The translations under genes were made by a program, and so were the position numbers. From positions 3,431-67,430 of the forward strand of contig JAYWED010000030.1 of the NCBI GenBank assembly GCA_043779525.1: a DNA stretch of 64,000 nt, read 5' to 3'. The notes below the pieces were generated by a model. The model had not been told where the DNA came from and did not search any database. It saw nothing but the letters and a program-made list of their open reading frames with translations. The stretch is from Candidatus Eiseniibacteriota bacterium. GTDB taxonomy: Bacteria; Eisenbacteria; RBG-16-71-46; SZUA-252. Shown here piece after piece: positions 33,019 through 41,685 of the stretch (the stretch's first letter is position 1; each line of letters begins with the position of its first letter).

Positions 33019-34033
33019 GAGATCGCAGATGGACCGGGATCTCGAGGCTCTGCGAAAGACCAGCGCTCGAGACATACCGGAACTGGAATCCACCATCCAA
33101 ACCATTCGCCGGCGCGGGATCCAAGCGGACCCGTCGCTCTGGAACTTCAGGAGGAAGGTCATGGCTCTGCTTCATTCGGTTCGCACACGCCCCGCGGTCG
33201 CGGCGGCTCTCGTTGGAGCGCTCGCCGTGCTGGTCGCCATGGTTGTGCCGGTTTCATACGACCGCGTGACGGGACAGGACGTCGCGTTGACGGTTGCTGG
33301 AAAGGGAATTGGGAGGCAGGAAATCGCAGGGGTCGCTCAGGGTCTCAAGAGCGCTCTCGGCGTGAAGGGCGGCGTCATGGTAGAGGCGGTCTCGGAGGAT
33401 GCCGGCCCGCGTTTCGTGCTCCACACGACGCTGCCCAGGCGCTCGGGCGCCGACGTGCAGCGCGCCACGATGGGCTTCGCGCGGGATCTGGCCTCCAAGG
33501 GCTACGCGGCATCGGTCGAGGTGACGCCGCACCGGGAGCGCGTGCGGTACCCGGCCGTCGCCTACGCCTTCGACCAGATCATCAGCATCAGCGTCGATGG
33601 GAAATCCTCGGCCGCGCTGGAGCAGGAGATAAGGGACCGTCTCGCCGAGGCGGGAGTACCCGACGCGCAGGTCTCGGTGACCGACGCCCCTCAGGGAGGG
33701 CACGAGATCCGGATGACGGTGGAGCGCCAGGGAGACGCCTCGACCGTGCCCCCCGAGCCCATGCCCCAGGTGGTCCTCACGAAGGCTGGCGCTCCGCTCA
33801 CGGGCGGAGAAGGGCTGAGCGTCAAGGTGAAGAAGCTGAAGAGCGACGCGGGCATCTCACTGGTCGTGGAGGTGACGTCGAACGGGAAGACCGCCAAGGC
33901 GGAGGTGGCGAACTCCGATACGATGAGCGATGCCGCGCTCGCGGAGGCGATCTCCTCGCAGCTCAAGCAGCAGGGGATCGATGCCACGGTAACCGTGCTG
34001 GCCGGGAAGATCTCGATCGAGCCTGTGAAGTAG
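33011..34033 (+). CDS. putative single-pass anti-sigma factor with a ~250-aa extracytoplasmic domain
   Basis: 8-nt overlap with the sigma gene. About 60 aa cytoplasmic, then TM helix AVAAALVGALAVLVAMVV. No zinc-binding anti-sigma motif and no family recognised for the outer domain. Confidence 0.45.
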   Translation: MNERSQMDRDLEALRKTSARDIPELESTIQTIRRRGIQADPSLWNFRRKVMALLHSVRTRPAVAAALVGALAVLVAMVVPVSYDRVTGQDVALTVAGKGIGRQEIAGVAQGLKSALGVKGGVMVEAVSEDAGPRFVLHTTLPRRSGADVQRATMGFARDLASKGYAASVEVTPHRERVRYPAVAYAFDQIISISVDGKSSAALEQEIRDRLAEAGVPDAQVSVTDAPQGGHEIRMTVERQGDASTVPPEPMPQVVLTKAGAPLTGGEGLSVKVKKLKSDAGISLVVEVTSNGKTAKAEVANSDTMSDAALAEAISSQLKQQGIDATVTVLAGKISIEPVK

Positions 34034-34048
34034 CGCTCGCAGGGGCGA

Positions 34049-34100
34049 GCGGAGCGAAATCGCGGGCGGGGCGGCGAGTCGGCCGCTCCGCTTGTTTATC
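34049..34100 (+). terminator. possible terminator after the anti-sigma gene
   Basis: GCGGAGCG (34049-56) / CGCTCCGC (34084-91) enclose a structured GC-rich loop and are followed by TTGTTTAT. Confidence 0.35.
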
Positions 34101-34130
34101 CTCTCCATCCCGCGTAAACTCGCCGCTCCC

Positions 34131-35318
34131 ATGCTCAAAACATCCCCCTTCCATCCCAGGACCGCGCCTCTGGTGCGGACCCAGACGTGGCGCCGCTGGT
34201 CGGGATACCAGATGGCGAGCGCGTACGATCCGCATCCCGATCGCGAGTACGCCGCGATCCGGAGCGCGGCCGCGCTCATCGACATCTCGCCACTCTACAA
34301 GTACCGGATCGCGGGTCGCGATGCCTCACGGCTCCTCGACCGGATGATCACGCGGGACATGTCGAAGTTGAAGCCCGGGCAGGTCTACTACACACCCTGG
34401 TGCGACGGCGCCGGCAAGGTGGTCGACGATGGAACCGTGACGAACCTGGGCGGTGGAGCGTACCGCCTCACGAGCGCGGATTCCTCCCTGCGCTGGCTCC
34501 ACATGAACGCGGTCGGCATGGAGGTTTCGATCGAGGACATATCGGAGCGTGTCGGCGCGCTCTCGCTCCAGGGCCCGCTCTCCCGCGACATCCTCTCGCG
34601 GGCCGCCTCGGTCGATCTCTCCTCGCTCAAGTACTTCCGTATGATCGAGGGCGCGGTCCGGGGCATTCCGGTTGCCATTTCCCGCACGGGGTACACCGGC
34701 GATCTGGGGTACGAGATCTGGGTGGACGCCGCTCAGGCCGTGCCGCTCTGGGACGCGCTGATGGAAGAGGGGAAACCCTTCGGCCTGACGCCTACCGGTG
34801 TCTGGGCAATGGACATCGCGAGGATCGAGGCGGGGCTGATCATGCTGGACGTGGATTACTACTCGGCGCACCACGCGCTCATCGAGGCGCGCACGTCCAC
34901 GCCGCTGGAGATCAATCTCGGATGGGCGGTGAGCGCGGGGAAGGGACCCTTCAACGGCCGGCAGGCGCTTGCCGCGGAACGCGCGCGCGGCGCCGCGTGG
35001 GGCTTCGTGGGCCTCGAGGTGGATTGGGATTCCTTCGAGCGTCTCTTCCGCGCGCACGGACTGCCTCCACAGATTCCAAATATCGCGTGGCGCATGAGCG
35101 CACCCGTGTATCGTGAAGGTAAACAAATAGGTTACGCCACCAGCGGATGCTGGTCGCCGATCCTCAAGAAGTCCCTCGCGCTGGCGCACGTGCGCGCGCC
35201 GCACTTCGCGGCGGGCACCGCGGTGAAGCTCGAGGTGACGGTGGAGCATCGCCGCGAGGTCGCGGACGCGACGGTGCGGAAGCTTCCCTTCTTCGAGCCC
35301 GAGCGGAAGAAAGCATGA
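34131..35318 (+). CDS. GcvT-family aminomethyltransferase (folate-dependent C1 transferase)
   Basis: From ATG 34131 (MLKTSPFHPRT...). DISPLYKYRIAG, ISRTGYTGDLGYEIW and GLIMLDVDY are characteristic of the GcvT/DmdA family. Confidence 0.8.
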   Translation: MLKTSPFHPRTAPLVRTQTWRRWSGYQMASAYDPHPDREYAAIRSAAALIDISPLYKYRIAGRDASRLLDRMITRDMSKLKPGQVYYTPWCDGAGKVVDDGTVTNLGGGAYRLTSADSSLRWLHMNAVGMEVSIEDISERVGALSLQGPLSRDILSRAASVDLSSLKYFRMIEGAVRGIPVAISRTGYTGDLGYEIWVDAAQAVPLWDALMEEGKPFGLTPTGVWAMDIARIEAGLIMLDVDYYSAHHALIEARTSTPLEINLGWAVSAGKGPFNGRQALAAERARGAAWGFVGLEVDWDSFERLFRAHGLPPQIPNIAWRMSAPVYREGKQIGYATSGCWSPILKKSLALAHVRAPHFAAGTAVKLEVTVEHRREVADATVRKLPFFEPERKKA

Positions 35319-36901
35319 GCGCTGAGAAGCGTTACGACGCGATCGTGGTAGGCGGCGGGCACAACGGGCTCGTGGCCGCGGCCTATCTCGCGCGTGCGGG
35401 CCGGAAGACGCTGGTGCTCGAGCGCCGGCCGCTTCTCGGCGGCGCGGCCGTGACCGAGGAGGTGTTCCCGGGATTCAAGTTCTCGGTCTTCTCCTACGTC
35501 GTGAGTCTCCTCCGTCCGGAGATCATCCGGGACCTCGACTTGCCGAAGCACGGCCTCCAGATCCTGCCGTTCGAGAGCACGGTGACCCCGCTTAACAATG
35601 GCGACTACCTCGCGTCCTGGTCCGATCCCGACGAGACGCGCCGCGAGCTGTGCCGGCATTCCACGCGCGACGCCGACGCCTCGGCCGTGTTCGGGCGGCT
35701 CATGCATCACATGGCGATGGCGGTGAAACCCATCATCGGCATGGTGCCGCCGGACCCGACTTCGCTGTCGCTGGGCGATCTCGCGGGGCTCCTCAAACTG
35801 GGAGGGCATTTCCGCTCGCTCGGGCCGGAGCGGTTCCACGCGCTCCACAAGCTCATGACCATGAGCAGCGCGGACTATCTCGACGAGTGGTTCGAGTTCG
35901 ACGCCCTCAAGGCCACGAAATCGGCGAGCGGGATCATCGGCACGTTCCTGGGGCCGCGCTCGCCTGGGTCCGCCTACGTGCTCCTCCACCACTACATGGG
36001 CGAGATCGACGGGGCGTTCCGCGCCTGGGGATTCCAGAAGGGCGGCACCGGCGCCATCAGCGAGACCATCGCGAGCGCGGCTCGCGCCCACGGCGCCGAG
36101 CTCCGGACCGGCGCGGGGGTGGAGCGCGTGCTCGTGCGCGACGGCCGCGTGACCGGCGTGGCGCTCTCGACCGGCGAGGAGATCGCGGTCGGGCTCGTCA
36201 TCTCGGGCCTCGACCCGCGCCTCACCTTCACGCGCCTCGTGGACACCAAGGATCTTCCGGGTGATCTGGTCGAGGGCATCCGCCGCTACAAGTTCCGAGG
36301 CTCTTCGGGGAAGGTGAATCTCGCCCTCTCCGGCCTGCCCAGCTTCACCTGCATGCCGGGCGAGGGCCCGCACCTGCGCGGCGCGATGTCGATCAGCCCG
36401 AGCATCGAATATCTCGAGCGCGCGTACGACGACGCCAAGTACGGCGAGTTCTCCAAGAATCCGTACATGGACATCGTGATCCCCTCGATGATCGATCCAC
36501 AGATGGCGCCGCCGGGGAAACACGTCATGAGCATCTTCGTCCAGTACGCGCCCTATCACCTGAACGGCGGCTGGACCGACGCCAAGCGGGAGGCCTTCGG
36601 GGACGCGGTCGTGAATACGCTCGCCCGCTACGCGCCCAACATCAAGTCCCTGATCCTGCACCGGCAGGTGCTCACCCCCGACGACATCGAGCGGATCACC
36701 GGACTCTCCGAGGGGAACATCTTCCAGGGCGAGCTGGCGCTCCAGCAGCTCTTCTTCCTGCGCCCGGTGCCGGAGTGGGCCAAGTACCGCACACCCATCC
36801 ACGGCTACTGGCAGTGCGGCGCGGGGACCCATCCGGGTGGTGGGATCATGGGCGCCTCGGGAAGGCTCGCCGCGCTCGAGATCTTGAAGGCGGCCGCGTG
36901 A
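35315..36901 (+). CDS. FAD-dependent oxidoreductase, phytoene-desaturase-like (COG1233), paralog 1
   Basis: ATGA overlap with the upstream stop. YDAIVVGGGHNGLVAAAYLARAG dinucleotide fold and C-terminal GNIFQGEL...GAGTHPGGGIMG. Confidence 0.8.
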   Translation: MSAEKRYDAIVVGGGHNGLVAAAYLARAGRKTLVLERRPLLGGAAVTEEVFPGFKFSVFSYVVSLLRPEIIRDLDLPKHGLQILPFESTVTPLNNGDYLASWSDPDETRRELCRHSTRDADASAVFGRLMHHMAMAVKPIIGMVPPDPTSLSLGDLAGLLKLGGHFRSLGPERFHALHKLMTMSSADYLDEWFEFDALKATKSASGIIGTFLGPRSPGSAYVLLHHYMGEIDGAFRAWGFQKGGTGAISETIASAARAHGAELRTGAGVERVLVRDGRVTGVALSTGEEIAVGLVISGLDPRLTFTRLVDTKDLPGDLVEGIRRYKFRGSSGKVNLALSGLPSFTCMPGEGPHLRGAMSISPSIEYLERAYDDAKYGEFSKNPYMDIVIPSMIDPQMAPPGKHVMSIFVQYAPYHLNGGWTDAKREAFGDAVVNTLARYAPNIKSLILHRQVLTPDDIERITGLSEGNIFQGELALQQLFFLRPVPEWAKYRTPIHGYWQCGAGTHPGGGIMGASGRLAALEILKAAA

Positions 36902-38487
36902 GCGCGACGATCTACGACGCCATCGTCATCGGCGCGGGCGCCAACGGCCTCGTGGCCGCGGCGGGTCTCGCGCGCGCGGGCCAGCGCGTGCTCCTGCTGG
37001 AGCGCGACGCGGCGCTGGGGGGCCAGGGCCGCCTCGTCGAGTTCGCGCCCGGATTCCGCGCGGCGCCGCTGGGGCTGGATCCGGGCTGGCTGCCCGATTC
37101 CATCGCGACGGCCTTGGGGCTCACGGGACTGGCGCGCGCGACGACGGATGCCGGCGTCGCCGTCGTGACGGAGCCCGGCTTAGCACTCGCGCTCTCGCGC
37201 GACGCCGGTCGCGCCGCCGAGGCGATCGCGGTCCACTCGCGCGCCGATGCCGCGAAGTGGCCCGAGTTCACCGGGCGCATGAGAAAGCTCGCGGGATTCC
37301 TCGAGGCGCTTTACCAGACGCCGGCTCCAGACATCAGCGCGTCGTCCCTGAGCGAGCTAATCCCGCTCCTCGGCCTCGGAAAGAAATTCCGCGCGTTGGG
37401 CCGGCGCGACATGGTCGAGTTCCTGCGCACACTGCCCCTCTCGATATGGGAGCTTCTGGACGACTGGTTCGAGAGCGCGGCGTTGAAGGCCGCGGTCGCG
37501 CCGGGCGGCATCCAGGATCATCAGCAGGGGCCGCGCTCGGGCGGCACCGGCTTCGTGTTCCTGCACTATCTCGTCGGCGCCCCCGCGGGCGCCGTGCGCG
37601 GGCGCGCTCCGTGGCGGGACGGTCCGGAGGCCTTCACCCTCGCGGCCGAGGGCGCGGCCCGGCGGTTGGGCGTCACCATCCGCGCGGGCGCGACGGTGAA
37701 GCAGATCGCGGTCAAGGACGACGCGGTCGCGGGCGTGGTGCTGGAGGACGGCGAGGAGATCGTGGCGCGCGCGGTGCTATCGACCGCGAACCCGGCCCGC
37801 ACGCTTCTCGACTGGGTGGATCCGGTGTGGCTCGATCCCGAGTTCCTCCGCGAGGTCGGGAACATCCGCCATCGCGGGTGCGCCGCGGTGGTGGCGTATG
37901 CGCTGGAGCGGCTGCCCGACATCCCGGGGCTCCCGAGTGCCGACACGCTGGCGGGCATGATCTCGCTCACGCCCAGCATCCCCGCGCTCGAGAAGGCCGC
38001 CGATGCCGCCAAGTACGGCACGGTCTCGGAGCGCCCTCACGTGGAGTTCACGGTGCCCACGATCGTGGCGCCACAGCTGGCGACCAAGGGCCGGCACGTT
38101 CTCGTGGCGCGCGCGCAGTACGCGCCCTACCGGCTCCGCGAGGGCGCCGTCTGGGATGGCGCGCGCCGCGACGCGCTGGCGAAATCCGTGACCGCCGCGA
38201 TCGAGGCGGTCTCGCCATGCTTTTCCTCGCGAATCCTCCATCAGACGTCGTGGTCGCCGAGAGACCTCGAGGAGCAGTTCGGTCTACGCGAAGGGGCGGC
38301 GTCCCAGGGAGAGCTGGGGCTCGATCAGATTCTCTTCATGCGCCCGGTGGCCGGATGGGGAGGCCACACCACGCCGATCGCGGGCTTATACTTGGGGGGC
38401 GCGGGCAACCACCCCGGGCCCGGCGTTCTCGGCGGAGCGGGCTGGCTTGCCGCGCAGCGAATTCTCGGCGACCGCCGCCGCAAGTAG
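36898..38487 (+). CDS. FAD-dependent oxidoreductase, phytoene-desaturase-like (COG1233), paralog 2
   Basis: GTGA overlap with paralog 1. YDAIVIGAGANGLVAAAGLARAG and C-terminal SQGELGL...GAGNHPGPGVLG. Ends at TAG 38485-38487. Confidence 0.8.
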   Translation: MSATIYDAIVIGAGANGLVAAAGLARAGQRVLLLERDAALGGQGRLVEFAPGFRAAPLGLDPGWLPDSIATALGLTGLARATTDAGVAVVTEPGLALALSRDAGRAAEAIAVHSRADAAKWPEFTGRMRKLAGFLEALYQTPAPDISASSLSELIPLLGLGKKFRALGRRDMVEFLRTLPLSIWELLDDWFESAALKAAVAPGGIQDHQQGPRSGGTGFVFLHYLVGAPAGAVRGRAPWRDGPEAFTLAAEGAARRLGVTIRAGATVKQIAVKDDAVAGVVLEDGEEIVARAVLSTANPARTLLDWVDPVWLDPEFLREVGNIRHRGCAAVVAYALERLPDIPGLPSADTLAGMISLTPSIPALEKAADAAKYGTVSERPHVEFTVPTIVAPQLATKGRHVLVARAQYAPYRLREGAVWDGARRDALAKSVTAAIEAVSPCFSSRILHQTSWSPRDLEEQFGLREGAASQGELGLDQILFMRPVAGWGGHTTPIAGLYLGGAGNHPGPGVLGGAGWLAAQRILGDRRRK

Positions 38488-38496
38488 GGAAGGGCC

Positions 38497-39621
38497 ATCA
38501 CGACCTTTCACCGCACCACGACCAGCTACCAGCCGGGAGCGAGAACGCTTCCGCGCGAGCGCTACACTTCGGAGGCGATCCTGGCCGAGGAGCGCGAGCG
38601 CATCTTCGCGCGCGGGTGGAACTGCGTCGGCCGTGCCTCGGGGCTCGCGAATCCCGGCGATTTCATCACGCGCGAGATCGCCGGCGAATCGATCATCATC
38701 CTTCGCGACCGCGCGGAAGAGCTCCGCGCGTTCTTCAACGTCTGCCGCCACCGCGGCACGCGGCTCTGCCGCGAGGAGTCCGGGCGCTTCGGCGAGACCA
38801 TCCAGTGCTCCTACCACGCCTGGACCTACTCCATCGACGGCCGCCTCGTGGGCGCGCCCTCGATGCAGGAGGTCCCGGATTTCGACAAGGCGGATTATCC
38901 GCTCCACGAAGCCGGGCTCGCGGAGTGGGAGGGATTTCTCTTCGTCAACGTGGGGGAGAACCCGCCGCCGTTCGAGCAGGCATGGCGCCCGGTCCTGGAT
39001 CGATTCGCGCGGTACGACCTTCCGGGGCTTGCGGTGGGGCATCGCGTCGTCTACGACGTCCACGCCAACTGGAAGCTGGTGTTCCAGAATTACTCCGAGT
39101 GCCTTCATTGCCCCACGATCCATCCCAAGCTGGCGTCGGTGCTTCCGTACCAGAGCGGCGCGAACGATCTGACGGACGGGCCGTTCCTGGGCGGCTACAT
39201 GGAGATCAAGCCCCCGAACGAGAGCGCGACCATGAGCGGGCGCGCGTGCGGCAGGCTCGTGAGCGGCGCGCTGCCAGAGGAGGATCGGCACCGCGGGTTC
39301 TACTACACGCTGATGCCGAATCTGCTGCTGAGTCTCCACCCCGACTACGTGAACTACTACATGCTGACCCCGGTCGCCGTGGACCGGACGCTCGTCGAAT
39401 CCGAATGGCTCTTTCACCCCGACACGCTGGCGGATCCCAAGAACAACATCGCCGACGGGATCGAGTTCTGGGACCTCACGAACCGCCAGGACTGGGACAT
39501 CGTGGCGCAGAGCCAGCTCGGGATCGGCTCGCGCCGCTACGTCCCCGGCCCCTACTCGCCGCGCGAGAGCGTGCCCGCCGCGTGGGATCGGGAATATCTG
39601 AGGCTGATGGGGCGGGAGTGA
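38497..39621 (+). CDS. Rieske [2Fe-2S] non-haem-iron oxygenase alpha subunit (start non-canonical or unresolved)
   Basis: Same frame as the upstream gene. YTSEAILAEERERIFARGW, the Rieske motif CRHRG...CSYHAW (38743-38823) and the iron site NYSECLHCPTIHP. The first ATG/GTG/TTG in frame is GTG 38848, which lies after the Rieske ligands. ATC 38497 is the only near-cognate codon upstream of the conserved N-terminus. Confidence 0.7.
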   Translation: MTTFHRTTTSYQPGARTLPRERYTSEAILAEERERIFARGWNCVGRASGLANPGDFITREIAGESIIILRDRAEELRAFFNVCRHRGTRLCREESGRFGETIQCSYHAWTYSIDGRLVGAPSMQEVPDFDKADYPLHEAGLAEWEGFLFVNVGENPPPFEQAWRPVLDRFARYDLPGLAVGHRVVYDVHANWKLVFQNYSECLHCPTIHPKLASVLPYQSGANDLTDGPFLGGYMEIKPPNESATMSGRACGRLVSGALPEEDRHRGFYYTLMPNLLLSLHPDYVNYYMLTPVAVDRTLVESEWLFHPDTLADPKNNIADGIEFWDLTNRQDWDIVAQSQLGIGSRRYVPGPYSPRESVPAAWDREYLRLMGRE

Positions 39622-39718
39622 GGCGCCGGGGGTCGGCCCGGTTCCGGGGCTTCTTGACCTCGCCTCGCCGAAAGCGGACGATCAAGGGAAGCAGCATGAG
39701 TCCCTGTTCACGAACCTC

Positions 39719-40234
39719 ATGAGGATCGCAATGAACCGATATGCCGGAATGAAGCCCGCTCCAGCCAGCCGCCGCTCTCTCTTGCTGGCGTTTCTGATCG
39801 CCGCGTCGGCGGTCTCACTCGTTTCCTGCTCGCGCTCGAAGACCGTGCCCGAGAGCCAAACCACGACGGACTCCACTACCACGGTGACGCGAACGCGCAC
39901 GGTTCGGGTCAGCCACATCGATCTCGGACGCGGCCTCTCGTCGGATCGCAGAGTCGTCACGACGGACCAGCCGTTCACGCCGGGGGACACGGTCTACGCG
40001 GCAGTGGTCCTGACCGGCCCGGTTCCCGCGTCCCAGGTGACGGCGCGCTGGACGGCAGCCGACGGCGCGGTCGTCGCGGAAGAGACCCAGGCGGTGGCGG
40101 CAAGTGACGCCGAAGAGGTGGTGCAGTTTCACATGGCGAAGCCGGCGGGTCTGCCACCGGGCGAGTACCGGGTGGACGTTCTTGTCGACGGCCAGGTGGT
40201 GAGCACGAAGAACTTCATGATCGCGGCGCCCTAG
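39719..40234 (+). CDS. hypothetical lipoprotein
   Basis: Lipobox LVSC after a hydrophobic stretch, a Thr-rich linker and a ~100-aa C-terminal beta-rich domain. No family recognised. Confidence 0.55.
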   Translation: MRIAMNRYAGMKPAPASRRSLLLAFLIAASAVSLVSCSRSKTVPESQTTTDSTTTVTRTRTVRVSHIDLGRGLSSDRRVVTTDQPFTPGDTVYAAVVLTGPVPASQVTARWTAADGAVVAEETQAVAASDAEEVVQFHMAKPAGLPPGEYRVDVLVDGQVVSTKNFMIAAP

Positions 40235-40254
40235 AGCGGAGAGCGCGGAGGCTC

Positions 40255-41565
40255 CTACGGACCTCCCTGGAGCCTTCGCGCGACGTCGCGGCCGAAATCC
40301 ACCGCCTGGGCGAATTCGCGGGACTCGCGCATCCACTGCGCGGTCCAGGTGCTCGCGCTCATCGTCCCGTTGCTGCGCCGCAGCCACTCGCGCCATCCGA
40401 GCGGGCAACCCACGCCGGTCAACGGGATGTCGTCGGCCACGAACCCTTCCATGTCCCCTTCGCGCACCAGGAGCCGGGGCCCCATCCAGATTCTTCGCTC
40501 GCTGGGCGGCGCGGGGTCCAGCCCGTACCAGGTGAGCGTTCCCAGGTAGCGCATGCGGTCTTCGCGCGCAACCGGAGTCGCTCCAGCAGCCCAGTGGCCG
40601 CGCCGGTCGAGGAGGCTGGCCCAGCCCTCGATCGCGCGGAAGTCGCCGCTCGTAAGATCGCAGGTATCCTGGGCCGCGCGGCGAACGGATTCCGCGAACG
40701 CGAGCATCGTGCGCGCATCGCGTTCCCGTCCGATCGAGTCCAGCCGCGCCGCTTCCTGAGGGATGAACCGGTCGCTGTCGCTCAGCGCGAGCCGGAAGAA
40801 GTTCGCGTAGACCCGCTGCATGCCGCGGACCGAGGCGAACCGGTCCGCGTCGCTCTCTCGCGCCATGATCACCGGTTCGAGCAGGACGCGGCGCCAGGCC
40901 TCGCGCGCGATCATGTGGCCGATCCCCGGGATGGCGAGCACGTGCTGTTGCACCGCAGGGTTGGCGAGAGAGGTGGTCCAGGTCGCCGCTCGATAGCCCA
41001 CCGAATATCCCGAGAGCGTTCCGAGGATGGCGCTCACGGCATTGACCGGTTTCACGAAGTCCAGGGTCGTGCGGTACAGCTCGTCGAACTGGTCGGGGAG
41101 CAGGGCGTGCGCGGAGGAATCGGGAAGCTCGAGCCAGAAGCCTCGATCCACGTGGCCGCGGATCTTCAGCGCGCCATAACGCGTTCCGCTGATCGAGCGC
41201 CCGTAGTCGTGCCCGCGAAGCGGCGGCAGGAACCGGTGCGTGTCGATATCGTACTGGCTGAATGTCCTGCCGCGCGCCGAGAGCTCGACGACGAAGCGCG
41301 CCGTGGTGTCGGAGGGCGACTCCCGGTACGACAGGACGCTCAGGTTCTCGAAAAGCTCCTCGAAGGGGATTGCCGTGGAATCGCGAATCGAGTGCTTGCC
41401 CGCCCAGAAGCCGAACGCCGCCAGGGCGAGCAGGATCATGAGGAGCTTGCTGCGAAGCAAGTATCTGGCGACCGGCACCGCGTGCTTGACGACATGGGCG
41501 CCGAGACTTTTCTTCTTACCCAAGTTGGCTCCGTGTCGTTGAATGCGGGCTCGCGTCGCTTGCAC
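40255..41565 (-). CDS. hypothetical membrane-anchored protein (436 aa)
   Basis: Basic N-terminus followed by TM helix LLMILLALAAFGFWA. The remainder has no recognisable motif. Coding-like composition. The start could lie further downstream. Confidence 0.5.
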   Translation of the reverse strand: MQATRARIQRHGANLGKKKSLGAHVVKHAVPVARYLLRSKLLMILLALAAFGFWAGKHSIRDSTAIPFEELFENLSVLSYRESPSDTTARFVVELSARGRTFSQYDIDTHRFLPPLRGHDYGRSISGTRYGALKIRGHVDRGFWLELPDSSAHALLPDQFDELYRTTLDFVKPVNAVSAILGTLSGYSVGYRAATWTTSLANPAVQQHVLAIPGIGHMIAREAWRRVLLEPVIMARESDADRFASVRGMQRVYANFFRLALSDSDRFIPQEAARLDSIGRERDARTMLAFAESVRRAAQDTCDLTSGDFRAIEGWASLLDRRGHWAAGATPVAREDRMRYLGTLTWYGLDPAPPSERRIWMGPRLLVREGDMEGFVADDIPLTGVGCPLGWREWLRRSNGTMSASTWTAQWMRESREFAQAVDFGRDVARRLQGGP

Positions 41566-41685
41566 GCCGCGAGGTGTCGCGGTGGGGACGACGCATAGGG
41601 GTTATCGGCGGAAACGGGAGGATTCTTCAGGCCGGGGCCAAGTCAATTATTTACAGGTGGTTGACAGATCGCCTTGATGTGAAAG

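Noticed and set aside
38485-38487. Genome-wide TAG reassignment (for example pyrrolysine) as the explanation for the in-frame TAG
   Set aside because: TAG ends several well-defined genes at the expected protein lengths: thiolase at 2900-2902, hbd at 3769-3771, ku at 42615-42617 and serA at 29050-29052. No pyl-type genes are visible in the window.
37257-39722. 821-aa plus-strand ORF spanning FAD oxidoreductase 2 and the Rieske gene
   Set aside because: It is an alternate frame of two recognisable genes, with extreme Arg/Gly/Pro composition and no domain motifs.
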